Numbered from the stretch's first letter, positions 46,456 to 55,805 are shown. The stretch is DNA of 64,000 nt from Escherichia coli (GCF_011045215.1 NZ_CP049201.1); one strand, 5' to 3'. Numbers and translations: made by a program. The notes: generated from the sequence alone by a model not told the origin.

Positions 46456-47880
46456 CTACGCAATACGTATGAACAAACCAATCATGACACTGGCTGACCC
46501 GGCAGACCCGAGTTCATCGCCTGACAGTGCACGATATGACCCCGGCATACCACCACCAGAACCCCGCACATATACGGAAACGCTGCCGTTATATCCAACC
46601 CCGCTACCGGTCGTGCCGTGACACATAAATTCAACCGCGCTCAGACGTGACCCCGGATAGCTGTACCCGCGTTTTATCCGGCGGTCGGTGTCTGCGTCTC
46701 CCTCACCGTTACAGGCCGCCAGTACAAGACTGCCTGTACCGTACCAGCCGTCCGTGGTACCGGGAGCAATACCGGACAGAAGAGAGATAATGTCCTGTGA
46801 GGTCATCTTCAGATTTTCCCAGCCAGTCAGATAACCATTACCTGTTGTCCAGTAGCGGCTGTAATAAACATCGCCATTAATACCGTAGAAAATAATGGCC
46901 TTTGCTGTATATCGCGGCTCCGGTGGATTATTGCGTGCCTCAACCCACCGGATTCTGACCACCCCGTTAAACAACACACCTCCGGATATGATTTTACTGC
47001 CACCCTCAACAAAATATTCACCCGGCGTCGCATTCCTTACCCATGCCAGAAAATCATCCTCTGTGTTAAAACGGATACGCTCTGCGGGCAAAAAAATATG
47101 CCCAAAACCAAATGCGCCAGGTGTCGCCAGACGACCTTCAGTCCGGTCACGAATGTCGCTCTGTGGCATCATTGTGGCAGCGCTTTTCAGTCCAAGATTA
47201 TCACGGGATTCCTGCTGAGCCTCTTCACCTTCATCAGCCAGCTCTGACAGGCGATTCGCCGTTTTCAGTGTCGCAGATAACGCAGTATCAATATCTGCTC
47301 TGGCCTGCTCTGCACCGGATGCGGCCTGTTTAGCAGCTTCAGCGTCCTTTTTTACCTCTGCGGCGGCATTCTCAACCTGCGAGGCCAGATTTTCGGCCTG
47401 TTGTTTACCCTCCGCAACAGCGTCGGCGTTCTGCTGAACACCTTCCGCCAGTTTTTTTACCTCTTCTTTTGCCCGGGCGGCAGCATCTGCATGTTGCCCT
47501 GCCTGTCGTTCGCTTTCTGTTGCGGTTTCGGCACCCTGCTGCGCCTGCGCCACCATTTCCTCAAATCGTTTCACCACGTCGGGTTTGAGGTCGCCTTCAT
47601 CCAGGGCAGTCAGAAAATCGTTCAGCGTGCCGGGCTTTGAGTCGTCGTATACAGCAATATCGCCAACACAGTACTCGTCGCGCCAGCCCTGTTTCAGATA
47701 TACGCAATATTTTCCGGTCTGCGCCTCAAAACAGTACTCGCCACAGTTTCCTGTCACCACGTCGGCAACTGTGCGCATCACCACCTCTGAGGTGTTTACC
47801 CGGGATTTCAGAATAATGTGGCATCCGGACATGGAGATACCTGCGCCATCAATCAGCGCACCTGATATCACTACAGACAT
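46456..47880 (-). CDS. Tail fibre protein 2 with lambda Stf-like N-terminal domain and divergent C-terminal domain
   Basis: N-terminus MSVVISGALIDGAG...VYDDSKPGTLNDFL resembles recalled side-tail-fibre N-terminal domain; Ala/Glu/Lys-rich coiled coil; Gly-rich C-terminus. Confidence 0.65.
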   Translation of the reverse strand: MSVVISGALIDGAGISMSGCHIILKSRVNTSEVVMRTVADVVTGNCGEYCFEAQTGKYCVYLKQGWRDEYCVGDIAVYDDSKPGTLNDFLTALDEGDLKPDVVKRFEEMVAQAQQGAETATESERQAGQHADAAARAKEEVKKLAEGVQQNADAVAEGKQQAENLASQVENAAAEVKKDAEAAKQAASGAEQARADIDTALSATLKTANRLSELADEGEEAQQESRDNLGLKSAATMMPQSDIRDRTEGRLATPGAFGFGHIFLPAERIRFNTEDDFLAWVRNATPGEYFVEGGSKIISGGVLFNGVVRIRWVEARNNPPEPRYTAKAIIFYGINGDVYYSRYWTTGNGYLTGWENLKMTSQDIISLLSGIAPGTTDGWYGTGSLVLAACNGEGDADTDRRIKRGYSYPGSRLSAVEFMCHGTTGSGVGYNGSVSVYVRGSGGGMPGSYRALSGDELGSAGSASVMIGLFIRIA

Positions 47881-47903
47881 AGTTTTTCTCGCGATAAATT
47901 AAA

Positions 47904-48449
47904 TCAGGAAGAGGCTTCCGGAGAGACGGGCCATTCAATGGCGTTATATGAGGCTTTATCAGTGACGGTGCTGAAATCCATCGCCTGCAGCGATTTCGCG
48001 TAAATGCGGTACGCTTTCAGCTTTTCCCTGTCTTCGTCGCTGATTAATCCCAGCAGCAGGTCTTTTTCCCATTCGCTGGTCATGATGCTGGCCTGTTGTA
48101 ACAGGGCATCGCGTTCATCTTCTGCTTTAAGTTTGTAGTCGAAAACAAATTCATCATTGCGGTAAAACCAGTAACCAGGCACGGTAATACGGCGATTAGC
48201 GGTAATATCAGGAACTTCAATAACACTGGCGTTACGGGGTTCAATACCTGTCACATCCTTACCGACCCACACCACGCGTCCGTCTCCGGTGTAAACCATT
48301 TTTATGGTGTCACTGGCAAAGTTCTTCTGTTCTTCATACCAGTTTTTGCCGTCTTCCGAAAAAAGCCAGGTGACATCATACTGTTTTGTCAGCTGATATT
48401 GTTCCGCGGTTTTCGGATTACCCGCAGTAATATTTTTTAAATGCAACAT
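47904..48449 (-). CDS. Tail fibre assembly protein (Tfa/gpG-like)
   Basis: 181 aa; C-terminal region (KLKAYRIYAKSL...IEWPVSP) resembles recalled Tfa proteins; directly follows fibre gene. Confidence 0.7.
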   Translation of the reverse strand: MLHLKNITAGNPKTAEQYQLTKQYDVTWLFSEDGKNWYEEQKNFASDTIKMVYTGDGRVVWVGKDVTGIEPRNASVIEVPDITANRRITVPGYWFYRNDEFVFDYKLKAEDERDALLQQASIMTSEWEKDLLLGLISDEDREKLKAYRIYAKSLQAMDFSTVTDKASYNAIEWPVSPEASS

Positions 48450-48451
48450 TG

Positions 48452-50005
48452 TTAAACACTCGCCACGTTATACCAGGTGCCGTTAATCAGTTTCTGAAGC
48501 GGTCGGTAATACACGCCGCCGATGTTATCTGCTGAATTTTTTCCGGTATCCTGCACATTAATACCGGATAATCCGTGGCCTGAAGGTGAGCGAAATGTCC
48601 AGGATTTTTCGTTACCTCCCGGGTTATAAAACATTTCGGAGCCATAACGCACATCCTGCACGCCGCCATTTCGCTGCTGGTAACGGGCATCGAAATTTCC
48701 ATAGTTTGATGGAACCATCTGTCCGTTTACAGCGAATGTGATACTGCCATCGGTATTTCTCTGGCTGTAGAAATGCCAGCCGGAATCATCACCAAGCTCT
48801 GCAACTACAGGTCGGGATGAATTACCCCATAAATTAAACGTTGCATTTTTCGTGGAGTTGTTGGCGCTGGATAACGTGAATTTTTTAGCATTTCCGGCCT
48901 GAATATTTTTTAACGCTATCGCCACACCATTCTGGAAACGAAATACATGCTGTCCATTCGCATAAACATCCAGAATGCCGTCGCCGTTTTGTTTTATACC
49001 TGTATCGTTATCCCCGAAAGCAATTGAGTTTCCGCCCAGCGCGTTCTGAACGCCGATACCCAGCGCACCATTGACCTGCGAACCACCGCCAACAGACACT
49101 TTATGCGACATGGATATTTCACCAGTCCGCAGATTAATAGTGAACGGGCGAAGTGGACCAATATCGCCATTCTCGCCCTGACCTTCACTGGTAGGGATAA
49201 GGTGCAGGCACTCTTCCGAACGACGAAAAATAAGGCCAAAAGCGTCGTTGAAAATCCTCAGCGCATTAACACCACGGATTTTCAGCTCCCCGGTCATCAA
49301 ATCACCAGATTTTTTTACATATCGCAGATCAAAATCTGAATAGATATTGCTGGGGTTTATCACGCTGAAATAGCTTTTCTCGCTATCAAGAAGGCAAATC
49401 AAAGGAATACCCTTAATGATATCATTCGCTACCAGCTCGGACTTGTTCCCCTTATAAAGTGGGAACGTACCAAGAACCTTTCCGCCTAGTGTTAGTTGAA
49501 GTGTCGCCGCGTTGGTATTGTTCTGAACGGGGAAGACGATAATCGGGGTTCGTAGCGTCCAATCTGTACCCTCATTAACAAAAAACGTCGAGGGAAGTTC
49601 CAGCGCCAGTGTGTTTGCAGTGCCACCAGCAACACCCGCAATATAATGACCGCTCTGAAGCTGCGCTATCTGTACGAAATAGTTTTCCGATCCACGCGTG
49701 GCAAAGTTAGCCACTACGTCATTAAGGGACCAACCTTTCGCGGTTGTTCCTTCCTGCCCACGAATGACTTTCAGCACGTCACCGTTTACCGATACCAGGT
49801 GACAAATCTCAAATGCAGACTCTTTATTATCGGTAAGCGTAATTTTTGCATAGACGCGTTGCCCGTTCGATTTATTTTCAAAATCGGCAGAAAGCAATTT
49901 TGCAAATTTAGCTCCCGTGCCCGGCATCACCGGAATATCAGTCTGAATCGTCGTAATATCACCAGCCAGTGCTGAAACAACGTTATTGCCGAATCCAAGA
50001 ATCAT
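48452..50005 (-). CDS. Tail fibre protein 1 (P2 gpH / Mu S / Stf-type C-terminal module)
   Basis: 517 aa; segment VNALRIFNDAFGLIFRRSEECLHLIPTSEGQGENGDIGPLRPFTINLRTGEISMSH matches a module I recall from P2 H-type fibres. Confidence 0.8.
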   Translation of the reverse strand: MILGFGNNVVSALAGDITTIQTDIPVMPGTGAKFAKLLSADFENKSNGQRVYAKITLTDNKESAFEICHLVSVNGDVLKVIRGQEGTTAKGWSLNDVVANFATRGSENYFVQIAQLQSGHYIAGVAGGTANTLALELPSTFFVNEGTDWTLRTPIIVFPVQNNTNAATLQLTLGGKVLGTFPLYKGNKSELVANDIIKGIPLICLLDSEKSYFSVINPSNIYSDFDLRYVKKSGDLMTGELKIRGVNALRIFNDAFGLIFRRSEECLHLIPTSEGQGENGDIGPLRPFTINLRTGEISMSHKVSVGGGSQVNGALGIGVQNALGGNSIAFGDNDTGIKQNGDGILDVYANGQHVFRFQNGVAIALKNIQAGNAKKFTLSSANNSTKNATFNLWGNSSRPVVAELGDDSGWHFYSQRNTDGSITFAVNGQMVPSNYGNFDARYQQRNGGVQDVRYGSEMFYNPGGNEKSWTFRSPSGHGLSGINVQDTGKNSADNIGGVYYRPLQKLINGTWYNVASV

Positions 50006-50628
50006 TTTTGAATCACCGTTGTTGCATAGGAATAAATAAAAGGGAGTTTTACATATTTCTGGTCAATGGCATCTTTCAGAAAATAGCCTATACCATCACC
50101 ATATTCTGGTATCTGAATAGAAAAAACACTGTCCGATACAGTCACGCTCACATCAAAAGTGTGCTGCAACGGCGGGTCTATTCCGTTTTTTCCATGAATA
50201 AAGCGCGCCACACGGCGCTTTAACCAGTCAATGCAGAAATGCGAACCGTCAGCCTTGTAAAAATTCCACGTTAATATTCGTTTGAAATAATCATCCGGAA
50301 CATACGATGCCTGCCCCGGAACATAATTCCGCATTGCCGCATAAGGGATTGTATTGTATTCAATGGTATCGTATGCGCCGCGTGCAATAGCCTCCTCGGA
50401 AACCTGTAGTAAAGGCCTTTCAACGCCATAAATCCCGAGAGCAATCCAGTCCAGCAATTGCCCGGTTATTGATTCCGATGTCCAGCATGGCAATGCCAGA
50501 TTGTTGAGTGAATCGAGGTATTCCTGAGCAATTTCATTGTATGCATCAAAGAACGCAACAACATTCGGATCATCTCTGTACTGCACAAACGGATAAGCAG
50601 GGAGAATTTTTTCAGTCAGATATTGCAT
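50002..50628 (-). CDS. Baseplate protein (gpI-like, by position)
   Basis: Lies between J-like gene and fibre; start placed at MQYLTEKILP to limit overlap. Confidence 0.5.
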   Translation of the reverse strand: MQYLTEKILPAYPFVQYRDDPNVVAFFDAYNEIAQEYLDSLNNLALPCWTSESITGQLLDWIALGIYGVERPLLQVSEEAIARGAYDTIEYNTIPYAAMRNYVPGQASYVPDDYFKRILTWNFYKADGSHFCIDWLKRRVARFIHGKNGIDPPLQHTFDVSVTVSDSVFSIQIPEYGDGIGYFLKDAIDQKYVKLPFIYSYATTVIQK

Positions 50629-51838
50629 ACTTGTTAACTTGAACCTGTGATGCCACCGTCGAAAAATAGGAATAGGTATCGCCATAAACCAGGCTTGTGT
50701 CTTTTGCCGGAGGAACAATATGGCCATTAATGCCAATGCTCACACTGATTGTTGAGATCAACGTCGCATCAACCAACAATCTGACGGAACTGGTAAAAAT
50801 ATCCTGGATTCGCAGCAGATTTATCGGGTGTCCGACTTCAATAGAATTGATGTAATCAGCAACGTTTTGCTGCACAGCCATAGCAATACCCGCCGGATCA
50901 ACATAATCATCAGATACAGTGTTCCAGGTGATTAGCACCATGACGTTTTGTGATGACGGGATAACGAACGGCACCTGATAAACATCTGGCGAAACGGTTA
51001 TTGAAACCGTGCGTTTTTCCACTGCCGCACCAGATGGATTGCTAACATCGTTGGTCAGTTTCGAAATATCCGGTACAGATTTGTAAATAGCATAAGCCAC
51101 ATCATACGGATCACCGCCACCAACAACCGCAACCCATTTCCCCAGCGACGACTGCCGGAAAGAAATCAGGTTTTCTCGCACACCGCTTACTGATTTGAGC
51201 ATCGCTTTAAAGCAATCCGGTGTTCCCTGCACACCAAACATGCCGGACTCCATGACTTCGGCGCGGTAAGATGCCCACGTTTGCGCCTCCTGACCTGGCA
51301 TCCCTGCGGTAAGGTTCGTGCATTTTACAGGCTGATCTTTGGGTACCGATGTAATGACCTGCGTTACGGTTCCTTCCGGTACAGCCCATGAGCCTGACGT
51401 TGTGGCCACACAGTAGACTGGCTCAGTCTGCCCGCTTTCCGGCACCACCGTATCGCGGGAAACTGCATACTGGTAGTTGCCGTCACCGACAACAAATCCT
51501 TTAGGGATACCAAACCCCGGCAACGCCTCAAACACCACGTATACCGCCGTATTTGTACTTAATCCCTTCTGTGCTCCATAAATGTTTCCGAGTTGCATCA
51601 ATAACGGAATATTTGCGCCGTATGGGCTTACGGAGTTAATAAGGTCCACCCGCGCCTGGTCTATTAATGCCAGCGCCCCGACTGCCGTGCTGGCAAGGTC
51701 AGTAATAAGCCCCGCCGGAAGGTTGGCTGTATATCCAGGTACTTTTTCAGCAACTCTGATGATAAGATCTGCAAGCAAATCATTGGGTGGCGTAGGCTGC
51801 GCCCCCGCACTGGTCATAGTAATTGGTATTTCTGACAT
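50612..51838 (-). CDS. Baseplate wedge protein (gpJ/gp47-like, by position and size)
   Basis: 408 aa; GGAG RBS; order W - J - I - fibre typical of contractile-tail baseplate clusters. Confidence 0.55.
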   Translation of the reverse strand: MSEIPITMTSAGAQPTPPNDLLADLIIRVAEKVPGYTANLPAGLITDLASTAVGALALIDQARVDLINSVSPYGANIPLLMQLGNIYGAQKGLSTNTAVYVVFEALPGFGIPKGFVVGDGNYQYAVSRDTVVPESGQTEPVYCVATTSGSWAVPEGTVTQVITSVPKDQPVKCTNLTAGMPGQEAQTWASYRAEVMESGMFGVQGTPDCFKAMLKSVSGVRENLISFRQSSLGKWVAVVGGGDPYDVAYAIYKSVPDISKLTNDVSNPSGAAVEKRTVSITVSPDVYQVPFVIPSSQNVMVLITWNTVSDDYVDPAGIAMAVQQNVADYINSIEVGHPINLLRIQDIFTSSVRLLVDATLISTISVSIGINGHIVPPAKDTSLVYGDTYSYFSTVASQVQVNKYAISD

Positions 51839-51850
51839 ATTTACTCCATT

Positions 51851-51876
51851 AAAAAACCCGCTTTCGCGGGTTTTTT
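51851..51876. terminator. Intrinsic terminator immediately after the moron gene and 13 nt before the J-like gene
   Basis: AAAAAA-CCCGC-tttc-GCGGG-TTTTTT, perfectly symmetric. Confidence 0.75.
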
Positions 51877-51878
51877 AC

Positions 51879-53054
51879 TTATTCAACCTCTTCTAAACTG
51901 CTCACTCTGGACCCTCGGCGGAAATTATCATCATTTTTAACATACTCGTATGAATCCAGAATCAAACCAGATATGCGAAGTATATCTTCCGGATTAGTTA
52001 TATGTATCCTTTTACCATCCGTATCAAGTCGAGCTCGTCTTATTTCATTCAACTGAACTTCACTAAGCGAAATAGGTAAAGTTATAAATGAAGATTTTTT
52101 ATCATAAAATCTTAACAGCCATCTATTTGTTTTACCATTCAATAGTACACCGAAATATGACTCAGTATCTTTATATTCTATATTATCTTCTGTTTGTATG
52201 ATTTGTTTTACCCTTTCAAATAGCTCCAATTCTTTGGCTGTGGTTATTATGTTGGGGTTTTCTTCATCAACAATGGCGTTATTAACTTGTGTATCCGTTG
52301 CATCATTTTCTTTAGTTTGCTCTACCGGTTGTGTAGATAGCCCGGAAACCACCATTGCGCTAACAGCGCGCTCAACGGCCTGTTTAACTAATGGAGTCAC
52401 GAACTCAAGAAATCTCTGATTAAGTTGTCTCTCAATATTTGAACGACTAGCAACATATCGAACAAACTCCAGATCAACTTCACGAAGACTAGAACTGATT
52501 GTTTTAGTAAATGAATTCAAATAAACACTTTCTTCAGCCAGTGTCCGTAAAGCCTCTGGTTTGAATTTATCATAACGAAAACGAAATAATTGTGTAATAT
52601 CGGAGTGAGTTAGAGAATCCATTCTTAATTTTAAAAACGGCGTTGAATCCATTATGTTTTTTTGTTTCAAATCCGTAAAAAAACGCCATTCAACACCATT
52701 TGTAATGGCTGATATAGTAACTTCCGGTGTTGAATTAAAATATCTTGATAGCTGTGGGCAGTGATTATCAATTTGTTCTGAAAACGATTTCGCCTCAATG
52801 AACATCACAGGAACATCATGACAAAATAAAGCGTAATCAACCCGTTCATTAGCCTTAACCCCGGGGAAGTCAGCACTATACTCAGCTTTGACTTTTCTTG
52901 GATCATACGGAGTAAAACCAAGAATATCTAGTAATGGCATAATGAGTGCTTGTTTTGTCGTTTCTTCAGTTGTACAAAACACCCCCATTTTTGCAACATG
53001 CTCTGTGTGTATTTTTAACTTATTTGCAAAATTTTCCATGCTTGTCTCCTCCAT
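51879..53054 (-). CDS. Orphan HsdR-N-like PD-(D/E)xK nuclease-domain protein (AT-rich moron; candidate defence gene)
   Basis: N-terminal motifs ETTKQALIMPLLDILGF / RVDYALF / VMFIEAKS / QLSRYF / AITNGVEWRFF as in type I R-subunit N-domains; C-terminal ~270 aa unassigned; AT-rich; likely start at second ATG (53039) after GGAGGAG. Confidence 0.7.
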   Translation of the reverse strand: MEETSMENFANKLKIHTEHVAKMGVFCTTEETTKQALIMPLLDILGFTPYDPRKVKAEYSADFPGVKANERVDYALFCHDVPVMFIEAKSFSEQIDNHCPQLSRYFNSTPEVTISAITNGVEWRFFTDLKQKNIMDSTPFLKLRMDSLTHSDITQLFRFRYDKFKPEALRTLAEESVYLNSFTKTISSSLREVDLEFVRYVASRSNIERQLNQRFLEFVTPLVKQAVERAVSAMVVSGLSTQPVEQTKENDATDTQVNNAIVDEENPNIITTAKELELFERVKQIIQTEDNIEYKDTESYFGVLLNGKTNRWLLRFYDKKSSFITLPISLSEVQLNEIRRARLDTDGKRIHITNPEDILRISGLILDSYEYVKNDDNFRRGSRVSSLEEVE

Positions 53055-53188
53055 GGTAACAATATGTATTTTGCAAATCCGAAATAATATATGTCAATAT
53101 GCTCCAGCTTAGAAAATTACTCGCCCCCCTAAAATATCTCTCTACAGCACTCCAAACCAAGGTAAAAGTTTTATCATAAAACTGTGAT

Positions 53189-53536
53189 TCATACCGGCAC
53201 CTGCGTCCGGTAACTGGTCCCATTAAAAAACACAACATCGATGTTATAGGTGGGGTTATCTGCTCCATCTACCTTTGAAATTGCCAGTGATGCAAAATAC
53301 CCAGCAAACTGTTGCTGAACCATGTTCACATAGTAGTCTGGGTAAATCTGCTGCACGATGCACTGCTGCGCAGGAATACCGTAATTCGCGTAAAACGGCG
53401 ACTCCCCCAATCCCAGCTTTAACGTCTGAATGAGCGTCGTCAGCCAGCCGTAGGAGAAATCACCGTTGGCGTCAGATTCTACTGCAACCCATTTTTTGTT
53501 GCCGTTCGCGTCGGTGACGCGGCCCCATGTTCTCAT
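53189..53536 (-). CDS. Baseplate protein (gpW/gp25-like)
   Basis: 115 aa; LKLGLGESPFYANYGIP resembles the gp25/W-family core; position before J. Confidence 0.5.
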   Translation of the reverse strand: MRTWGRVTDANGNKKWVAVESDANGDFSYGWLTTLIQTLKLGLGESPFYANYGIPAQQCIVQQIYPDYYVNMVQQQFAGYFASLAISKVDGADNPTYNIDVVFFNGTSYRTQVPV

Positions 53537-53736
53537 CGTGCCCCCATCACTTTAACTAACTCTGTCAGTACTGGTGAAAAGGCAAATGCTAAAGCTACGA
53601 GTGCAGCGGTGTAATACATGCGTCGTAAGGTATTGCTTTTTGCCACTAATTTTAAGGCTTTCACAATCCAGTCTCCTCCGCTAAAATTAATCACGGAAGA
53701 CCTCCAAACATACGTAATCATCCCTTGCGTATTCAA
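53533..53736 (-). CDS. Small hypothetical protein with hydrophobic C-terminal segment
   Basis: 67-aa ORF overlapping W-like start by 4 nt; TAALVALAFAFSPVL stretch; coding status unverified. Confidence 0.35.
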   Translation of the reverse strand: MNTQGMITYVWRSSVINFSGGDWIVKALKLVAKSNTLRRMYYTAALVALAFAFSPVLTELVKVMGAR

Positions 53737-53747
53737 GGTGAGAAACA

Positions 53748-53786
53748 GAAAACCCCGACTGGGCCAACAGTCGGGTTTTTCGTTTT
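53748..53786. terminator. Intrinsic terminator-like hairpin between spike gene and downstream baseplate genes
   Basis: CCCGACTG-ggccaa-CAGTCGGG with flanking A/T runs on both strands. Confidence 0.55.
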
Positions 53787-53818
53787 ATGGTCAGAATTTA
53801 AAGTGAAATGAACCGGTA

Positions 53819-54532
53819 TTAACCAGGATTTGGTTTCTTCGACGTAATCGTGCTGCTGCCGCTTTGAACACCAGTCACATCGTGGCTGTGGCCGCTGACG
53901 CTCACGCCGTTGATAACTGCATCCATCTCGACATTAAGAGGACCAATCAGCGAAGCGGTTGTATCCTTCATCTGGGCTTTGTCCTGGACGATCGGTCCGT
54001 TGAGGTGAATTTTCCCGTTCAGGAAAATATCTTCGGCCTCGAGGTAAACAGCTTTCGACTTTTGCCTGATTTCTTCCAGAGCCACCATTACCGAGCTACT
54101 GCCGTCCTCTGTTTTGAGGATCGCGCCATCCGGACCGTACAAAACGATTTTTTGCGGATCTTCGTCGGACCACTCCTTGTTTGCCAGTGGCACGAAAAAC
54201 AGGGGAGTGAGCGACATCGAGTAAGAAAGCGTTGCCATACCGGTTCCCAATCCGGACACACCGCGCAGTGATACATCAGCGGCAATTGTTACTCCTCGAT
54301 CGCCCGGCTGTATCGGGTAACGGATATACGGGAATGTGGCGACAGGGATTGTTATCTGCGGGAAGTTGATCCCCTCCGGCAACATATCAAACTGAACTGT
54401 CACTATTTGCCCGCAGATATCGACAACATGGCAGGGCAATTCGCGGCCTTTAAGCTCGGCTTGTTGGTTACCAGAACTGGTCATCATCTCCGACAGTGTT
54501 CGGAGAAACGGTAATTTTTGAGCGTTTGACAT
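53819..54532 (-). CDS. Baseplate central spike protein (gpV/gp5-like)
   Basis: 237 aa; C-terminal HxH motif (VSGHSHDVTG) as in metal-binding spike tips; position after hub. Confidence 0.6.
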   Translation of the reverse strand: MSNAQKLPFLRTLSEMMTSSGNQQAELKGRELPCHVVDICGQIVTVQFDMLPEGINFPQITIPVATFPYIRYPIQPGDRGVTIAADVSLRGVSGLGTGMATLSYSMSLTPLFFVPLANKEWSDEDPQKIVLYGPDGAILKTEDGSSSVMVALEEIRQKSKAVYLEAEDIFLNGKIHLNGPIVQDKAQMKDTTASLIGPLNVEMDAVINGVSVSGHSHDVTGVQSGSSTITSKKPNPG

Positions 54533-55539
54533 TACACCCTCGCCCAGTTCTCAGCATATGCCTCAAATACCGTCACCCAGGCATCGCCATCGGCTGTCAG
54601 ATACGAACCAATGTGTCTGACTGATTTCACAAGAAATTTCCCGGTGAACGTGGTCGAATTTTTTGCGATAACGCTGGGTACCGTTGTATTAGCCATCACA
54701 ATCGACGCAGCGCCAGAATATAGCCCCTCCGGCAGTTTAACCACATCACCACATCTGATATCGCCTCTCATAGGGCATTTGAAACTGACGGTAAACGGCG
54801 CTATCCATGTCGGCTGCCCGACCAGTTCATGGGCATGAATTGTTTTTGGCTCACCCCACTTTGCCGATGCGTTATCGTAGATTCGTATTCTGTCGGAAAG
54901 AATACTGATGGCGATTCCGCTATACCTTTCATTACGCATCATCGCAATAGAGGCGTTTTTTACGACCATAGCCAGCGAACCAATCTCCGTATATTTGCCC
55001 GTCCACGGCTCTGGCAAAACCAGGTTGTCGCTGACTGTGCAATCAATAAGTTTATTGGGATATGCTTTTTGCAAAGCGCGGACTAAAACATCGCCCACCC
55101 TTTCCCCTGCTTCCCCCTGCCCCTCAATTGAAAAAGGTTTACCGTCATCGGTTTTGCGTATGCTTGGATTTATTACCAGGTTTAAAGTCTGGTTCGTGCC
55201 GATCCAGTTGGCATAGGCCAGATAAATTTCACCATAGATTACCTCCCCCTGTTGATCCTTATTTGCCAGTGGTAACCCCTGAACAAAGCCTGCTTTCATA
55301 CGTACCAGACAACCCTGCAAACTTACGCTTTGCTTCAGCATGTCAATTGGTAATCCATAGATCGTCAGCATCGTACCCGAACAGACTACATCCAGGCCGG
55401 TTACTTCAAAGTCAAATTCAACATGTAACCCACATCCTGGTGTTTCATTGGTATCAAAAGGTCCAATGGGTTTTCCATTGCTATCCACTGGCGGCTTGCC
55501 TGTTTTAGGATTAATAATTTCCAGTCGGTAATAACGCAT
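54532..55539 (-). CDS. Baseplate hub protein (gpD/gp27-like, by position)
   Basis: 335 aa immediately upstream of spike; tight coupling. Confidence 0.45.
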   Translation of the reverse strand: MRYYRLEIINPKTGKPPVDSNGKPIGPFDTNETPGCGLHVEFDFEVTGLDVVCSGTMLTIYGLPIDMLKQSVSLQGCLVRMKAGFVQGLPLANKDQQGEVIYGEIYLAYANWIGTNQTLNLVINPSIRKTDDGKPFSIEGQGEAGERVGDVLVRALQKAYPNKLIDCTVSDNLVLPEPWTGKYTEIGSLAMVVKNASIAMMRNERYSGIAISILSDRIRIYDNASAKWGEPKTIHAHELVGQPTWIAPFTVSFKCPMRGDIRCGDVVKLPEGLYSGAASIVMANTTVPSVIAKNSTTFTGKFLVKSVRHIGSYLTADGDAWVTVFEAYAENWARV

Positions 55540-55805
55540 TACGAAACCTCAAACTGATTCGTACTTTCGCGAAAAACAAGTTTCCCCGGTGAGCAAGGCA
55601 GCGCCAGATTGATGTCGTAACTGTCTGGTGACGCGATCAAAGGCATGTATACAATCACGTCGCCTGAACTGTCTTTCAGTTCCAGGTAGTAACGATTTGC
55701 ATACAGATTAAACGGAACGCGGGCGAATGTTTCATATTCTCCGATTCTGGCCGTGAACTGAAATGGTCCTCGCCCGTCAGGTTTGAAAGGAATTAACGTT
55801 GTCAT
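55539..55805 (-). CDS. Hypothetical tail protein
   Basis: 88-aa ORF tightly coupled between neighbours. Confidence 0.4.
   Translation of the reverse strand: MTTLIPFKPDGRGPFQFTARIGEYETFARVPFNLYANRYYLELKDSSGDVIVYMPLIASPDSYDINLALPCSPGKLVFRESTNQFEVS

Noticed and set aside
45885-50005. Invertible G-segment-like fibre switch
   Set aside because: Both fibre/chaperone pairs are on the same strand and no serine recombinase gene is present in the window; inverted repeats were not evident by eye
54532-55539. Calling the 335-aa protein a specific named family (late control D or Mu P)
   Set aside because: Assignment is by position only; I could not recognise a decisive motif, so it is reported generically as hub-like with low confidence
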